A stretch of 64,000 bases of DNA from Takakia lepidozioides (taxonomy: Eukaryota > Plantae > Bryophyta). Location of the stretch: positions 54,870,001 to 54,934,000 of the forward strand of contig CM060733.1 in assembly GCA_030704615.1 (NCBI GenBank), written 5' to 3'. Below are positions 24,951 to 38,550 of this stretch, piece by piece (position 1 is the first letter of the stretch; each line of letters opens with the position of its first letter). The position numbers were made by a program, and so were the translations under genes. The notes beneath the pieces were generated by a model. The model worked only from the letters and a program-made list of their open reading frames with translations. It was not told the origin of the DNA and searched no databases.

Positions 24951-27880
24951 TCCTGCTCTACGCTAAACTAGCTTCCGACCTTCGGTCGTCGCTAGAACAA
25001 TCCCTAAGTTCTAGCTTAACAAGTTTTAGTGCATAATGTTAGTTTTAAACACTCGTTCGCCTGCCCCTGCCCGACTTCCTCGCCATTTTCCCTCGCCTCC
25101 TTCCTTCACGCCATAGCCAGAGGAGCACACTCGGAGCCAGGAGTCAGGAGCACATTGCGCTGCCCTCCTGGAGCTGCTCGCGTTGTGAAGGTTTGACCAA
25201 GGTGGGGCCAATGCAGAGGGTACAGAGAAACAAGCAGTAGCAGTTTAACAACGAAACCATCGGCAACGATGCCGCCAAGAGAGGAAGAAACAGAAGAGAT
25301 ATCCGGGATTGTGATATGATTCCATCTACGGATTCCCACACCTCACCAGTTGCCAGTATCAACACAAGAAGAACTGGTAAAGGACAGTACACCATTATAC
25401 AACAACAGCTCCGTAGAGTTAAATCCTGAGGACATTTTGTTCAACAAATGCTTCAGAATCACATAAGAGATTCTAATGTGCCTCAAAAAAGTTCTACCTT
25501 GCAGACATTTGTCTCCATCAAATCAAAGAGATACGACCTTTCTTTAAATTTTCTCAATGGCTGGCACATGCATGTACTTGAGACTCATATATCTGGCCTG
25601 CATAGTGGTTCTAAATAGAAGTTGCACTTCCTCCAGGTTGTAAACACTGAGGTACTTTCTTCAGAAATGAAGGCTACATAAAATAAAGTTAAACATCCTA
25701 GAAGCTTGCAGGGTGTCATTGGAGACGAGACCTAGAAACACTTAAGGTTGAGGTGCTTCATCTTTTCCCATCTATCATGCACCTTTGCATGCCTAGAGAA
25801 AGAGGATTAAAGAGACATTGTACACAAAGCGCCACTATCATCTGATGCTGTCCAAGCTCCAGTGTCTGCATGACCTTTGAAACCACAGAAATAGACTGTG
25901 CGTGCTATCAGTTGGGCATAAATCTGTGTTTCAAGTTTTTAAGCTCTGCACAATTCTCAGGTTGTGTTGCACATAACTGAATATTTGTATTCAGCTCACA
26001 AATTATTGGATAAGGTGAAATTTTCTGTTTCGTTTTTCATGAATTTGATAGCATCTAGAGTCATGCATCCTCGTCTTCTCCTTATTCAGCTAGCAAATAC
26101 AATGCAATTTTGGTAGCGCATCAAGATTTTTTCTTTTCATTCTTTTACCACAGAGGTATGTCAGAGAGGAGTCTCTAGGTTTCCAGGATTCAGAGATCTT
26201 TCCTTTCAACCCTGGGGCTTTGGCTGACCAACAGTCCCCACATATGTTGGACTCCCCTAGAAACACATGGAGCTACTTCTACCCACATGTGAAGTATAAA
26301 CACATCTGCCTTTTTTACATGGGCAGTGTAGTTATTTTTCGTCATACACGTATTCAGATGAACTTCAAGTTGGTCAACTGATAATTGGCCATTGTGATGC
26401 CATAATAGATCTGGTTGGTGTGCAGGCAGAGCTGCGAATGCAAGGCCTTCTGAATGTAGTGGTTCATAATCTCTCGGTAAGGTTTGTCTACCTTGCCACA
26501 CAAGGTTTTCTGTCCTTAAGTGCAATGTGGATACTACCTTTCTGCCATACGTTCCCACTGATGTAAACATACATAATCATCTTTACACACCTTTTAGACT
26601 AGCCAATTAGGACATCAAAAAGTTGCAATTGAAGTGATGGGAAGAGCATGGAAAGAGATTCTGAGCCAGGCCACGCTTGGCCATAGATTCTCAACCACCA
26701 GAACTTTGTCGCCACTCTAGCACTATTCAAGGGCCAAAACATGCACAGAGTGGTGATTTGTCAAGCATGTACCTTTCTCTACATCTTTGAAAGTATAACC
26801 TGAGAGGGTCTTTCGAGTTTTATTTGTACGTAGGTAATTGTGACATTACTACTTGATCTTAGTGTATAAATAAAGACTGACAAGCTGTCAATGGATGGAT
26901 ATTTCAGTACATATCCTTTACTCCATTTTTTGAACTGGTGGGAGAGGCTTCATAGCTTTTATCAAAATGCAAAGACTCTGACTATGGTTGCTGAATATAT
27001 TCAGAAGTGTTGCCAGGCCTTGGCATACAAGAATCTACCATCACGATTAAAATCCTAGACACACTGAATCACTAAAGTGGCTGAAATGGCTGAGTCAATG
27101 GATACATCTCGGCTGGATTAACATTAGTTGCCCTGTGGGTCTGGGTGGCCACAGCCAGGAATGGTGACAACTGAGCTTCTTATGTCTGGGGGGTGACACC
27201 CGCCAAGTACTAAATCTTCACATCCTTGCCCTCTTTCCTACCCCTCACCCTCAGGTTGGTAGTCAGTACAATGTTTCTTCTGTAGGGGCATGAACATAGC
27301 CAGGTGAATCCAACCATATGGATGTTGGAGCAAGGTCAACTAAGTAAGAAACAAGCATATTTTATGATTCGTAAGTTTACAACAATATTGATACCTCATG
27401 AGAAGGAAAATGATTTCATTAGTGGCAGGCCTCTTCTGAGTAGCTCTCATAACAGTTTTCAGGGAGTGTGAAGGATTGTTAGGACCAGGATTGGGTTGGG
27501 TCTAGGTTGGTGGCAATGCCAGAATAGACACGAACAGCCAAACCCAAGTCTCTGATGAATCCAAGGGTGTGCTTCAGCCTGGTTTTTTCCTTCAAAGTAC
27601 TTCCATCGATGGCTTAACCTTGTACTGATTCCTTTACATACTAAATATCATCCCAACTTCAAGTATGCTAGGACATTGTTTAGTTAGGTTGTTTCCTGCC
27701 TACGCTCTAAAAATGTTTGAATCCAGATTTTTTGGTTTCGTTGGTGCCTGTGTGTGGGGGATGATGAGGTCTAAAAAAGATTTTGCTCTGTGCTTATTGA
27801 ATGGGTGCTATTGTAACTCGGCTCCTCCCCATCTCTATCCCCCTCCCTTGTCTAATAATTGTTTGCTGAAAAGGGGAATT

Positions 27881-27988
27881 GCATCGATGATGAATTAAGC
27901 TATCCTTGCGCTTTGACTGGGGGCCTGAAACAGGCCCCCCGTGAAGACAAGAAACTGTCCAGTATGCTAATCCTGGCACTGAGATTGC
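27881..27988 (+). ncRNA. Putative box C/D snoRNA guiding U6 snRNA 2'-O-methylation; paralogues at about 28448-28540 (D box lost) and 28979-29082
   Basis: C box ATGATGA 27887-27893, D box CTGA 27979-27982, terminal stem GCATC/GAT(T)GC. Antisense elements ATCCTTGCGC and ATGCTAATC match U6 GCGCAAGGAU and GAUUAGCAU. Confidence 0.65.
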
Positions 27989-28024
27989 TTCCCCCCCCCC
28001 CCCGTTTTTTTTCCAGTTGTTTCA

Positions 28025-28143
28025 GTCTGATGATAGATCTGTGCTGCTTTTGAGGTTTGAGCAATGGTCAAGGATGTCAAAAAAAAGGGCTGACATTGTC
28101 CTAAAGGGCTGACATTCCTTGTGGAAGCAAAAAACCCTGAGAC
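28025..28143 (+). ncRNA. Second putative box C/D snoRNA in the repeat unit; target unknown
   Basis: GTC-TGATGA ... CTGA-GAC (C box, D box and closing stem). The C box is altered in copies 2 and 3. Confidence 0.4.
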
Positions 28144-30085
28144 GTTGTTGCTTCGCAATAGTTCCTTAATTGGACAATGTATTCTTACATGGTGTTGCCT
28201 CTCTCTAGACTGGATTGGTAGATACATACGTGATGTCTGAAGGGAAGTAACCCATCCCCGCATTGGTGGATGATACTTTCTGCAGGTTGGTTGAATAGCA
28301 GATGAATTGAACAGCCAGGGATGGTAGAAATACGTTTTAGACTATTCAAGCTGGTCTGATCAGGTGTCTTTGTTTGTCTTTGACACTCCTCACTGAGAAC
28401 TGCGCAATGTTGCACCTTCTAATAATTGTTTGCCAAAGAGGGGGATTGCATTGATGATGAATTAAGCCATCCTTGTGCTTTGACTGGGGATCTTTTCAGC
28501 CCCCTTGTGTAGACAAGAAACTGTCCAGTATGCTAATCCCTTTTTCAAGTTGTTTCAGTCTGATGCTAGGTCTGTGCTGCTTTTGGAAGATTAAGCAATG
28601 GTCAAGGATGTCGAAAATTTTGCGTTATCTTTCCGAAAGGGCAGAAATGCCTTGTGGAAGCAAAAACCCTGAGACCTTGTTGCTTTGCAACAGTTCCTTA
28701 ATTGGACAATGTATTCTAACATGGCCATGCTTCTATCTAGACTCGATTGGTGGATACACAGGTGATGGTTGAAGGGAAGATTAACCCATCCTGGCATAGG
28801 TGGATGTTACTTTCTGCAGGTTGGTTGAACAGCAGATGAATTGAACAGCCAGGATGCTACAAATACTTTTTAGACTATTCAATCAGAGAGAAGTGCTCAA
28901 TGTTGCCATCTTGAAAGGCAGTCTACCCTACATGGTTCCCCTCCATTGTTTAATGATTGTTTGCTGAAGAGGGAGATTGCATCGATGATGAATTAAGTTA
29001 TCCTTGCACTTTGACTGGGGATCTTTCAGGCCCCCGGTGGAGACAAGAAACTGTCCAGTATGCTAATCCTGGCACTGAGATGGGCCCCCTTCTTTTTTTT
29101 TGTTAAGTTGCTTCAGTCTCATGATAGATCTGCGCTGCTTTTTCCTGATGAAGCAATGGTCAAGGATGTCGAAAATTTTGCATTATCTTTCCGAAAGGGC
29201 AGAAACGCCTTGTGGAAGCAGAAACCCTGAGACCTTGTTGCTTGGCAGCAGTTCCTTCATTGGACAATGTGTTATAACATGTTTAGACTCAATTGGTGGA
29301 TATAAGATACATAGGTGATGTCTGAAAGGAAGATTAACCCATCCCCGCATTGGGTGGGTTTCTGCAGGTTGGTTGAACAGCAGTTGAAGTAACCAGCCAG
29401 GATGCTAGAATTACCTTTTAGACTATTGAAGCTGGGTTGATCAGGTGTCTTCGCACAGTGAACATCACCACAATCCACGATCTCACCTAACCATTGACAC
29501 CCGTCACAGCGAAGTGCGCGATGTTGTGTCTTGAAAGGCCATTTACATGATCCTTGCTTCTTGTGAGCCATGTTGGCAGCATCAGTGTAGGAGCTCATAA
29601 ATGTTGTCAGTTGGGTGACTGAACACATCAGGGGGTGCAAATCTTGTCAGTTGGGTGAACTGACGTGAATCAATTGCGGGCTGTTATTGTTGGCCTGGCA
29701 CCTCAGGCAAAAGAAAGTGCATTTCAAAGTTGATGGGCCTTTGAAGTCATCAATCACTACTACGAAGGGGCAGCAAGCTTGCGGGACGAGAATGGGAAAT
29801 AGTTATGAACGACCTAGGTCATCAATTTTTCTTCAGAGTTGCCCTTTGAACCTTTTCCTTGAACTCCACCTGTATGTTTGAGGTGCCCAGGGTACCGGAC
29901 CAAGGAAATTTTTGTTCTAATCACATAGCTTAGTCCCCATCCATCTGACCAGCCTTATGTAGGCTCCTGTTGTAAGCTTCCAATTATGTTGCATCCAGCA
30001 GGAGATTAGACTTCCTTCAGCATCAAACGATGCTACAAGAAAATGGCAGAAATACTTGTGGATCAGCTTCAGTATTATACCAGGC

Positions 30086-31306
30086 TCAGTTCACCCACAT
30101 ACTCATGAAGGCCTCTTCAAACGCCCGTCTGCGACCAAGTTCCGGAATCCAGCCCCCAGCTTTTGCTCCCCTTTCTTCTCGCAAGCGCTGAGCCTCTTCA
30201 TCTTCAGGTCCACCATTGCATGAGGTGGGGCCTAAAGGCACAGGTTGTCCTGCAGGCCTAGGTTGAACGTACATGCCAGCACCTGGCATTGTCGGAGCAT
30301 ACTGGCCACCGCCAACCTGTGCATTATGAGCCACCACCTTGCATTCACCATGTGACAACAGTTCAGTGCCTTGCCCAATACTGTGATATGCAAGTTCCAT
30401 GAAGTGTCTGACTGCTAGGTAGTCATTCATAAACACTGCACGAAAGGTAGATACCGGATGTATGGCCACCCACACATACTGGAAGTATGCAACTAGAAGC
30501 CTTTGTGCTGAATGTAGGGCTCAAGAAATTGAGGGTTGCAACTAGGGTAGAATATGCTTGTGTTCGCACAGGTTTTACAGATGAAGTACCTGCGCTGGTG
30601 CTGGTGGAGGTGACGCCGTCGCCACAGGAGCACCTTGCTCTATCCTCAGGGCGGCTGCTTGTTCTTCAGCCTGCACCATCACATCCCACCCTCCCAAATC
30701 AGCTCAACCACTTTCGGAGTTGTCACATTCTCAACTAATCAAAAAGGGCAGCAGTGTCAGTCTCATTGATGGTTACACGATTCAGGAGTGTCGATTAAAT
30801 GAGAGACAAAGAGAGAGAGAGACCTTTCGGGCACGAGAAGCAACAATCTGTTCAGCATTTTCTTCTTGATATCTCGCGATCATCTCTTCAGTCTTCTGTA
30901 TATCAACTCCCTCTACCAAATTGAATACTGTACCAGACAAGCACAAGCCAACACATCCCGTCCCGTGTCGTGAGAGGGGGGAGGGGCCGTGGATCGTCAA
31001 GGAGGGGAGTGCTGCAAAGCCTACTCATGATGGAACTATCCAACTTACTTATGTCTTCAACCTCCTCCAGATAGTCATTGTAGTCTCGAAGTGATGGAAA
31101 ATCGTCCTCTCGTTTATTGAACCTGCACAACCACGAAAGTCCGCAAGCCCTTTCAGATCATTCTTTAAAACTTATATTACAGGTTCAATCCACAACATCT
31201 CGCAAATCCAAACAACCACTCCGAAGCAGGTGAAAACAAGATACAACATGGATGTACAAGCTTACAAGTTCTGAATTCTCCGACGCACAGAAATCTCCTT
31301 GATCAT
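30086..31306 (-). CDS. MAT1: CDK-activating kinase assembly factor MAT1 (plant RING-less form); 5 exons approx 31266-31306, 31050-31122, 30823-30927, 30589-30671, 30086-30317
   Basis: Spliced MIKEISVRRRIQNLFNKREDDFPSLRDYNDYLEEVEDIIFNLVEGVDIQKTEEMIARYQEENAEQI...AGGWIPELGRRRAFEEAF. Confidence 0.88.
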
Positions 31307-31683
31307 TTCGCAGTGTTCGGCTTGTCCTTCCTGATCAACGCACTCTCTCAGACATTTCTGTGCTCTCAACTCCAGGCTAGGAAGAAAGAGGGAGAGAGAT
31401 GGATCTCACAGCGTTACAAGGTTGAATTGGGCCGTTAGCGACCCCAACCTAACCTAAAACCGAGTTCCTAACCTAAACTCCAAACCTCAAACCTAACCTA
31501 AAACTGAGCTCCGACCAGCCTACTGTGAAAAATAAACGAAAAGAAAAATCAGTATTATTATTATTATCATTATTATACTTATGTTGGGCAGGTGTTGGAA
31601 GGGCAGAGAGAGTTGACCCTGGGTTACCGTTAACCAGCGAGCGTGCCAATAACGGTCACGTCGTTCCCCCACTGCTGCGGAGG

Positions 31684-31686
<3 letters not shown>

Positions 31687-31717
<31 letters not shown>
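31687..31717. repeat. (GA)n microsatellite
   Basis: About 15 GA units. Confidence 0.9.
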
Positions 31718-31720
<3 letters not shown>

Positions 31721-31956
31721 TAGTCAAGGCACAGTGAGACAGCAGCTCGTTCTGATTCCTGAGCTAAGTATGGGGGCTGCATCGTGACATGCTGCGAGAA
31801 GAGAGTGGGATCAGAGCTGACATCTCACCATGTCTTTGATGCTTTTGCGAGGTGGATGCTGAGGGCGAGTTCAAGAGGAAGGAAGGGGGGAGCTGACGCA
31901 TGTATAAGATTGGAAAGTGCTGTAAAGGCTGAGGGAGCTAGAGGAAGAGAGTGAGC

Positions 31957-32451
31957 ATGAAGGGCAAGGCAATGGAACGGATGATCAGGAAGTGGGAAAG
32001 TAGACGGAGTGGCAGGGTGGGGGATGAGGACGATGACCTGCACCCACCCCTCCTGCAGAAGCGATCACGGCATTCTTCGTCAGAGAACGCATTGTCGGAT
32101 TCTGATGGTGTATCCTGCGTGAGCTTTGCCAAAAGGCCTAAGAATCTGGTGACGGTGCTTGTGGGTAAGGAGCGTCAAGTGTTCAAGGTGGAGCCTCAGA
32201 TATTGGAGCATGCGTTGTTCCAGTGCCTACTCCAAAAGACCAGGGCTGGCAGAGAATCTGCAATCCGGTGGGATGACAAGGAGAATAACTTTGGAGAGCT
32301 GGATCGGCGCAGGAAGTCCTACTCTGTGAAACAAATCATATGCCTGGATTGCGATGCCATTCTCTTCGAGCACCTTGTATGGCTGCTGAACAATGATGAT
32401 CCTGCCGTGCGGCAGCTCAACATTGACGAGCTGATGGAATTCTACGAGTAG
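31957..32451 (+). CDS. SAUR (small auxin-up RNA) family protein, intronless
   Basis: PKNLVTVLVGKERQVFKV...LEHALFQCLL...ICLDCDAILFEHLVWLL. First ATG at 31957. Confidence 0.82.
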   Translation: MKGKAMERMIRKWESRRSGRVGDEDDDLHPPLLQKRSRHSSSENALSDSDGVSCVSFAKRPKNLVTVLVGKERQVFKVEPQILEHALFQCLLQKTRAGRESAIRWDDKENNFGELDRRRKSYSVKQIICLDCDAILFEHLVWLLNNDDPAVRQLNIDELMEFYE

Positions 32452-33306
32452 AGATCCATTTGTTTGTTGGTGTGGATGAGTGATAGTAATATGTGGCTGC
32501 TGGACATACCGAGGTAAGCAGTGACAGTGAGCATTTCTATTTTAGAAATCGAATAGTAGAAGAAGAGAGAGCAGTCAAAATCACATTGTCTGCTGTGGAC
32601 TGTAGACAGCAATTGGATCCGGTTTCCCGCTTGCTGGTGCTAGAACTTAGATTGCAACTGCCCTCAACAAAAACAACTTGCAAAGAGACATAATAGTGCC
32701 ATTGACGTGGTCTAGCTGGTGAAGTATGGGACAGATACACTGGGACTATTTTTGCATGGGAGCTGTGGAGTAGCATAATACTAGTTCCAGTATGTTGCAA
32801 CAATTTGGTATCACTGCTCTGTTGGTTGGGCTGAAGTTCCTGTGTATGACTGACTGGGTGGCAGTGATACAGTCTTGGGAGGAGGATTGGACGACAGCTG
32901 ACCGCAGCATTTTCTATCTGGTAGTCCCAAGGGCTTTTCGAGCTCTTTGGGCAAGTTACAATTGTTAAGGTGGCAGAATTCTCTTTGTGACCTAGGCCAC
33001 TCCTGATATGTTTTAACTCATTTTTCTGGCTCTCTATCTCCTTTACTGAATGTGAGGGGGTTCAGCAGCTCCTAACAACAGGAATATAAACAGAAATGAT
33101 TTACATCTTGAGTGCACTGTCTGAACAGAATTGTGATGGGATAAAATCTGAAGGCGTTGTTGGCTTACAAAAACAGACATGAGCGTCCTGGCAGAGAGTT
33201 TCAGTAAGTTCCCTAGACAGTATTGAGCATGAGCATGTGTAGAACTAAACCTTGTGACAAAGCTGGTGGAGCCTAAATAGCAGTGCAACACCTTGTTTTT
33301 GTAACC

Positions 33307-33850
33307 ATGATTAGTATTGCCACAAAGACGGCCTGATTAGATCTCTTATGCTACTAACAGATAAGAACACGTAGAAGCAAATGACGAATCGCAAGATTCA
33401 TGAGCATCGAGATATAAAAGCAATGATTAGTATTGCCACAAAGACGGCCTGATTTATGCTACTAACAGATAAGAACACGTAGAAGCAAATGACGAATCGC
33501 AAGATTCATGAGCATCGAGATATAAAAGCAAATTTTATAAAAGCTCTTGATCATGTGGACAGGTGAAACTCATAACAAACAAGCTATGGAAGTCCAATAT
33601 GGACACGAGGACGTCTTAAATAAAATGAAGAGTACCCAACCAGACAATGCTCTCTCTCACTTATTAGTTGATGAGTTGAGTAGCATGTTCTATACACAGC
33701 TCTATCAACCCCATAATGGACAGGTGAAACTAATCACAAACAAGCTACGGAAGTCCAATATGGACACGAGGAAGTCTTAAATGAAATGAAGAGTACCCAA
33801 CCAGACAATGCTCTCTTTCACTAACTAGTTGATGAGTGGAGTAACATGTT
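33307..33850. repeat. Two adjacent tandem duplications (approx 115 bp and 160 bp units)
   Basis: ATGATTAGTATTGCCACAAAGACGG at about 33307 and 33423. TGGACAGGTGAAACT at about 33556 and 33717. Confidence 0.85.
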
Positions 33851-34088
33851 CCATAAGATGGCCAATATACACAGCTGTTGTAAAATCTCAAAGAACACTA
33901 GGGGGACCATACCCTTTTTCTGAATCTGCCAATAAAGAAGCAACTACATCTTTGTCAATTTACAATTTACAATGAACTGTGCAGTGTTGAGGAATCAATA
34001 GATGTGCAAACAAGGTGTTGATGAGCAGGAGTGTGGAACTCTCTTACTCTTACTCAATTTATCACCACCGCATTCCTCCCTTCCAGAC

Positions 34089-34924
34089 TCACAGACCAGA
34101 CCTCAAGGTTTCTGCGACAACCACATCGCTCCACTCTGGATTGCGTGGAACAAACGTATCCTGCATACCCAAGCGCACAAGCACCCAGATGAACTCCTTG
34201 ACTCTATGCGACCATTGAGAGCATAGTTCCCCCATGAGGCCGATCTTGTGCGCTAGATTGATACGTTTTAAGCACTGGCTTTAGTGAATTGCGAGGATAC
34301 TAATTTGGCTCCTAGTACCGTGCTTGAGGCAACCCCTTCGCTTTAATTTCATTGATTTTGAGTCACATTGAAATCGCACTGGGGGTGAAAAGCACATGCC
34401 ACTTTAGATGCAGCTACAAGGAAAATACCCGTCGACACGTCCTCTCTGTCAACAAATAGTAGTGTCAAGCACACAAAACAAAAGCTTTCTGTTCAAGCAC
34501 ACCTGCTCAAAGATTGGACAGAATACACGCCCAATTCTGGACCAGCACGCAGCTTTCGACTGAGGACAAAGCTACAATCTTTCATAACAGAACAAAATTC
34601 CAGACCCTCAACAAAAAAATCGGCAACCATCCTTCGTACCGAGACGTAGCTGCACGTCGGAAGAACGAGCAGGTTCTGCTCACGAGCGTGCGCGAATGCA
34701 GCCTTGCAAAGCTCAGCAGCCAACCCCAGGCCACGCTTGCTGGCCGGAACATAGGTGTGTTGAACATCCATCACTTGCTTTGAATCTAATGAGGCGGCCG
34801 GCCTCATTTTGTACTGCAAGTATGCCACCCCATCTTGTGTCGAAAATCGCTGGCGCACGGAGTCCCACACAATGTCTGCCTTTCCTGCTCCTCCTCCCTG
34901 CACTGTGCTCCTTGCCATCGCCAT
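34089..34924 (-). CDS. Minimal GNAT acetyltransferase (At1g77540-like, YjdJ/Acetyltransf_CG type); exons 34640-34924 and 34089-34160
   Basis: MDVQHTYVPASKRGLGLAAELCKAAF...VLPTCSYVS|DTFVPRNPEW with a phase-0 GT-AG intron. Confidence 0.9.
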
Positions 34925-35287
34925 CTCTCTCTCACAAACCCTCTTACAAACGTCCTTGCTTTCACCTCTTGGATTCCTCTACCTTCACTTATGGATGAAT
35001 ATTGGAACCCTAAAACCAGATTCATGAATTTCTGACTCTCTCTCTCTCTCTCCCTCCCTCCTTCTCTCTCGCTCGCTCGCTTTGTGTGTGTGCGTCAAAA
35101 TGATTGGTGGGTATTGAATGAGGGTTTGTGCTCGCCGTCTCGGTTATCGCCAGGAAGGTTGGTCCCGTTTGTTTTGCAGAGCTTCTTTTTTTCTGTTGTT
35201 TTGTGGGGATTTCCGATCCCAGAACTCCCCCACCTCCATAATTCACAGGAAAGCAGCCCTTGTGGGGGGGAGGGCCGCTAATATCTC

Positions 35288-38200
35288 ATGCTTTGGGCAG
35301 AGAGCACCATAGTTTTGAAATATTCGAGTGGTGGCGCCGCACGCCAGTGTGGAGCTCTTTTCCGCACTTTCAGAGAGAAAATGTTGACGACATCTGAGGG
35401 TGTTTTGAATTCAGGGTCACCAATTGCACCTGCAATCGTTGAGGAAAAGTCGCAAGGATTGTTACAAACAGTTCCCAGTAAAGGTTTTTCTTCGCCGGAT
35501 ACAAATGTATGTGAACTGGTGGATACCATTGAATCGAAGGCACAAACTCTGCAGCATTTTACGACTGAATCAATTACTGCCACAACGTCAGAGAGGATTC
35601 TAGAAAGTGGAATGAGCTCCTGCTCCTCAGAACAGGGGAGAACAAACACAGATGCCGAGGGACCGACTGAACAGAAATCGAATGGGGAGTCTACTTCGTC
35701 AAAGAGATTGAAGGTTGAAGCGCCCAGGTCTGTGACAGGAGAAGGACCGATCCAGCACAGCCATGTGGCGGCAGCTTGGGAGCATTGGAGAAGGCTTGGT
35801 TCTCCCAAGCTAATAGTGGCCCCAATGGTCGACCAATCAGAGCTTCCCTTTCGATTGCTTTGTCGGAAGTATGGAGCCACGGCTGCCTACACGCCCATGT
35901 TCCATTCGCGCCTGTTTGCTCAAGACCCAAAATATCGCAGAGAGTTTACTACCTGCCCGGTAAGCTCGTCCCTCTCTCTCTCTCTCGTAAGCTTCAATGG
36001 TAGCATACCCAAGTCGTCAGAGAACAGGGAGGGATCAGGTGTCGCAACGTAGAAGCCTGGAGCATGTGTGACAAATGAGTAAAACTCCCTCCAACAACGG
36101 AATCACAGCCTTGATAAGCCTGTTCTTCCGGAAGTGTAATGTATTGCGAAGAGATCATGACATGCTGGTTGACTGGTCTGCTGTCCGCACCCATGGTACA
36201 GTTTCCCCTTTCAGGAATAAATTTAGAGCAATTTTGACAGAAACTCTCATCCTTACTACTGAAGTCCAAGGTCATTAGCTTAACCTGCTTTGATGATTGT
36301 AGGGCATCGGTACGACGGCGTGGTTTTGTCCAATTCAAATAGAGTGAGAGGAGACAAAAACTGCAACAATTCAAGTTGATGATTCTAAATGGAAGGGATG
36401 GTGGTGGAGGGATCTATGCCAGGGGGACCGACCACTTTTTGTGCAATTTTGTGCCAACAATCCTGATACCTTGCTGGAAGCAGGTCGCCTTGTTCAAGAT
36501 CAATGTGACTATGTGGACATCAACTTTGGGTATCATTCCACCTCTCTTTGCCCTACGTCCTTCCTCCCTCTGTGATTGCTTCAGAAGAAGTGTGGAGTTT
36601 ATTGCCAAAGGCCCCATGAGGGAATGACTAATTTGTCTCTCTCATGCACATGCACACACTCAGCAGATCAACCAGTCACATAGCCACATTTGTCATGTCG
36701 GTTTCCAGGTAGAGGGCTGGAAAAGAACCTCATACTTTTTTACTAATTATGAAGCTAATCACATGTGCACATCGTTAAATGCCTGGAGCAAGATTGTCAT
36801 CAGCTGACAAAGAGTGCTGACTCTGGTAGAGATTCGCATTCAAACATACTTTCTATGCATCGATCCAACGACTAGATGCTACAAACTTCAAGTCTTCGGT
36901 CTGAGGGTAAGACCTGATTTACTTTCACTCCACGTCCTGGTACATCTCACAATGGGCTTAACCTACTTAAAGTGCATCTTCTGATATTCATGTTACAAGA
37001 TAAGATCGCATTTCTTTCTCACAATTAAGGGTTGTCTGAGACTTCTAACTTACAAAGATGTTCTGCTCGTTCTGGTACCATCCTTACAACCTGGACTAGG
37101 ATGAAGGTACGCAAATCTTCCCGAAAGAGGCCCATTCTACTCTTTCTGGCTTTGCACTGCCAATCTAAGGATCAGACAGTGACAGTTGAGGTGTCAATAC
37201 AAGGAGACCAAACTTGTTTGGCCCCAAAGTCAACAGTGGCCCCTAGTACCTACCTGTGGGGAGAATACAACCACTATGTTTGAGGTTATGGACAGGAATG
37301 GAAAAGGGAAATCGTGGAAAGCTGTTTGTCTCAGAAGGTCGGTTTGTTTGAAACTGTCCTCTTGATCTGCTCGAAGGGTGACAGTTTGGTCTTTTGGAGG
37401 ACAAATTTGGCCTCGTCATCTAGTTTGAAACATGGCCTCCCCATATTGATTTTGCTGGTCCACCTCACGAACTGATCGCTGGGAGGCAAGGTGCATTCGA
37501 CTTGACCAACGCCAGTCCCTTGATCAATACTATAGAGAGCAGTTTCACCAAGTAAAAACTCAAGACACTTTACAATCTAGAGGCCTTCTACATGACTGCA
37601 TTTATCTAGGCTAAAGTGTTTTTGGGTTTACTTTCAAACATGGCAGGTGTCCTCAGCGGATTGCAAAGCGGGGAAATTACGGAGCATTCCTGATGGATGA
37701 TCTGCCACTTGTAAGATCTCTAGTTTCCAAGCTGGCATCGAACTTGGCTGTACCTGTATCCTGCAAAATACGCATGTTCCCTAAATTGGAAGATACACTA
37801 GCATATGCACACATGCTGGAGGAAGCAGGATGCTCCCTATTGGCTGTCCATGGGCGAACACGTGATCATAAAAACAGTAAAGCTGTACTGGCAGACTGGG
37901 ATGTAATCCGATCTGTGAAGGCTGCTCTTAGTATCCCTGTTCTGGCCAATGGAAATATCAGGTGGCTTGAAGATGTTCACGATTGCTTGGCAGCCACTGG
38001 TGCAGATGGAGTGTTATCAGCCGAGTCATTGCTTGAGAATCCAGCCCTCTTTGCAGGCCACCGGATGTGTTCCCCAATTTTGGATGTGGGAATTGAAGAG
38101 AGGGCATCCTTAGATACTTTGGGTGAAGGGGTTTCCATTACGCAGGACCCAGAAATGTCGCAAGGTGTGAGAAAGGGGCCAGACTTCACACTCAATCAGC

Positions 38201-38550
38201 CAGCATTGGTTCTCGAGTATTTGGATTTGTGTGAGAAGTATCCCGTGCCCTCACGTATGATACGCGCCCATGTGCATCGCATGCTGGGGCCCTGGTTCAC
38301 AAGGCATCCTGATTTCCGGGAGGAACTCAACAAACAGTTCAAGATTTCCCTTGATTGGCTCAAGGATATGGTGCACCGTATGACCGCCCGCCATACCGCA
38401 TCCTTGCTTCCTCTGGCTCTACAGGCTGTTGAAAATCCCTCTTCCACAGGGGAACCCTGTGGAAGGGAAGAGGCCTCTAGAAGTGAGCTTTCAGATTTGG
38501 TTCCAGTCGGAGCTCCATCGGTAGGCCATTTGACATCATCCGCAATATAA
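35288..38550 (+). CDS. DUS1: tRNA-dihydrouridine(16/17) synthase DUS1-like; exons 35288-35959, 36423-36529, 37647-38550 (start may be 35381)
   Basis: [37 protein letters not shown]|[51 protein letters not shown]. Confidence 0.93.

Larger units (their letters stand above)
27850..29455 (+). repeat. Three diverged tandem copies of an approx 530-570 bp unit
   Basis: Units begin AAT(A/G)ATTGTTTGC at about 27854, 28421 and 28951 and are colinear throughout. Confidence 0.92.

Noticed and set aside
25026-27800. Short ORFs and possible host transcript of the snoRNA cluster
   Set aside because: No domain or consistent exon chain; a non-coding host gene is plausible but cannot be supported from sequence alone.
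31440-31510. Interstitial telomere-like AACCTAA repeats upstream of MAT1
   Set aside because: Short and degenerate, not true AAACCCT arrays; cannot be distinguished from a local duplication.
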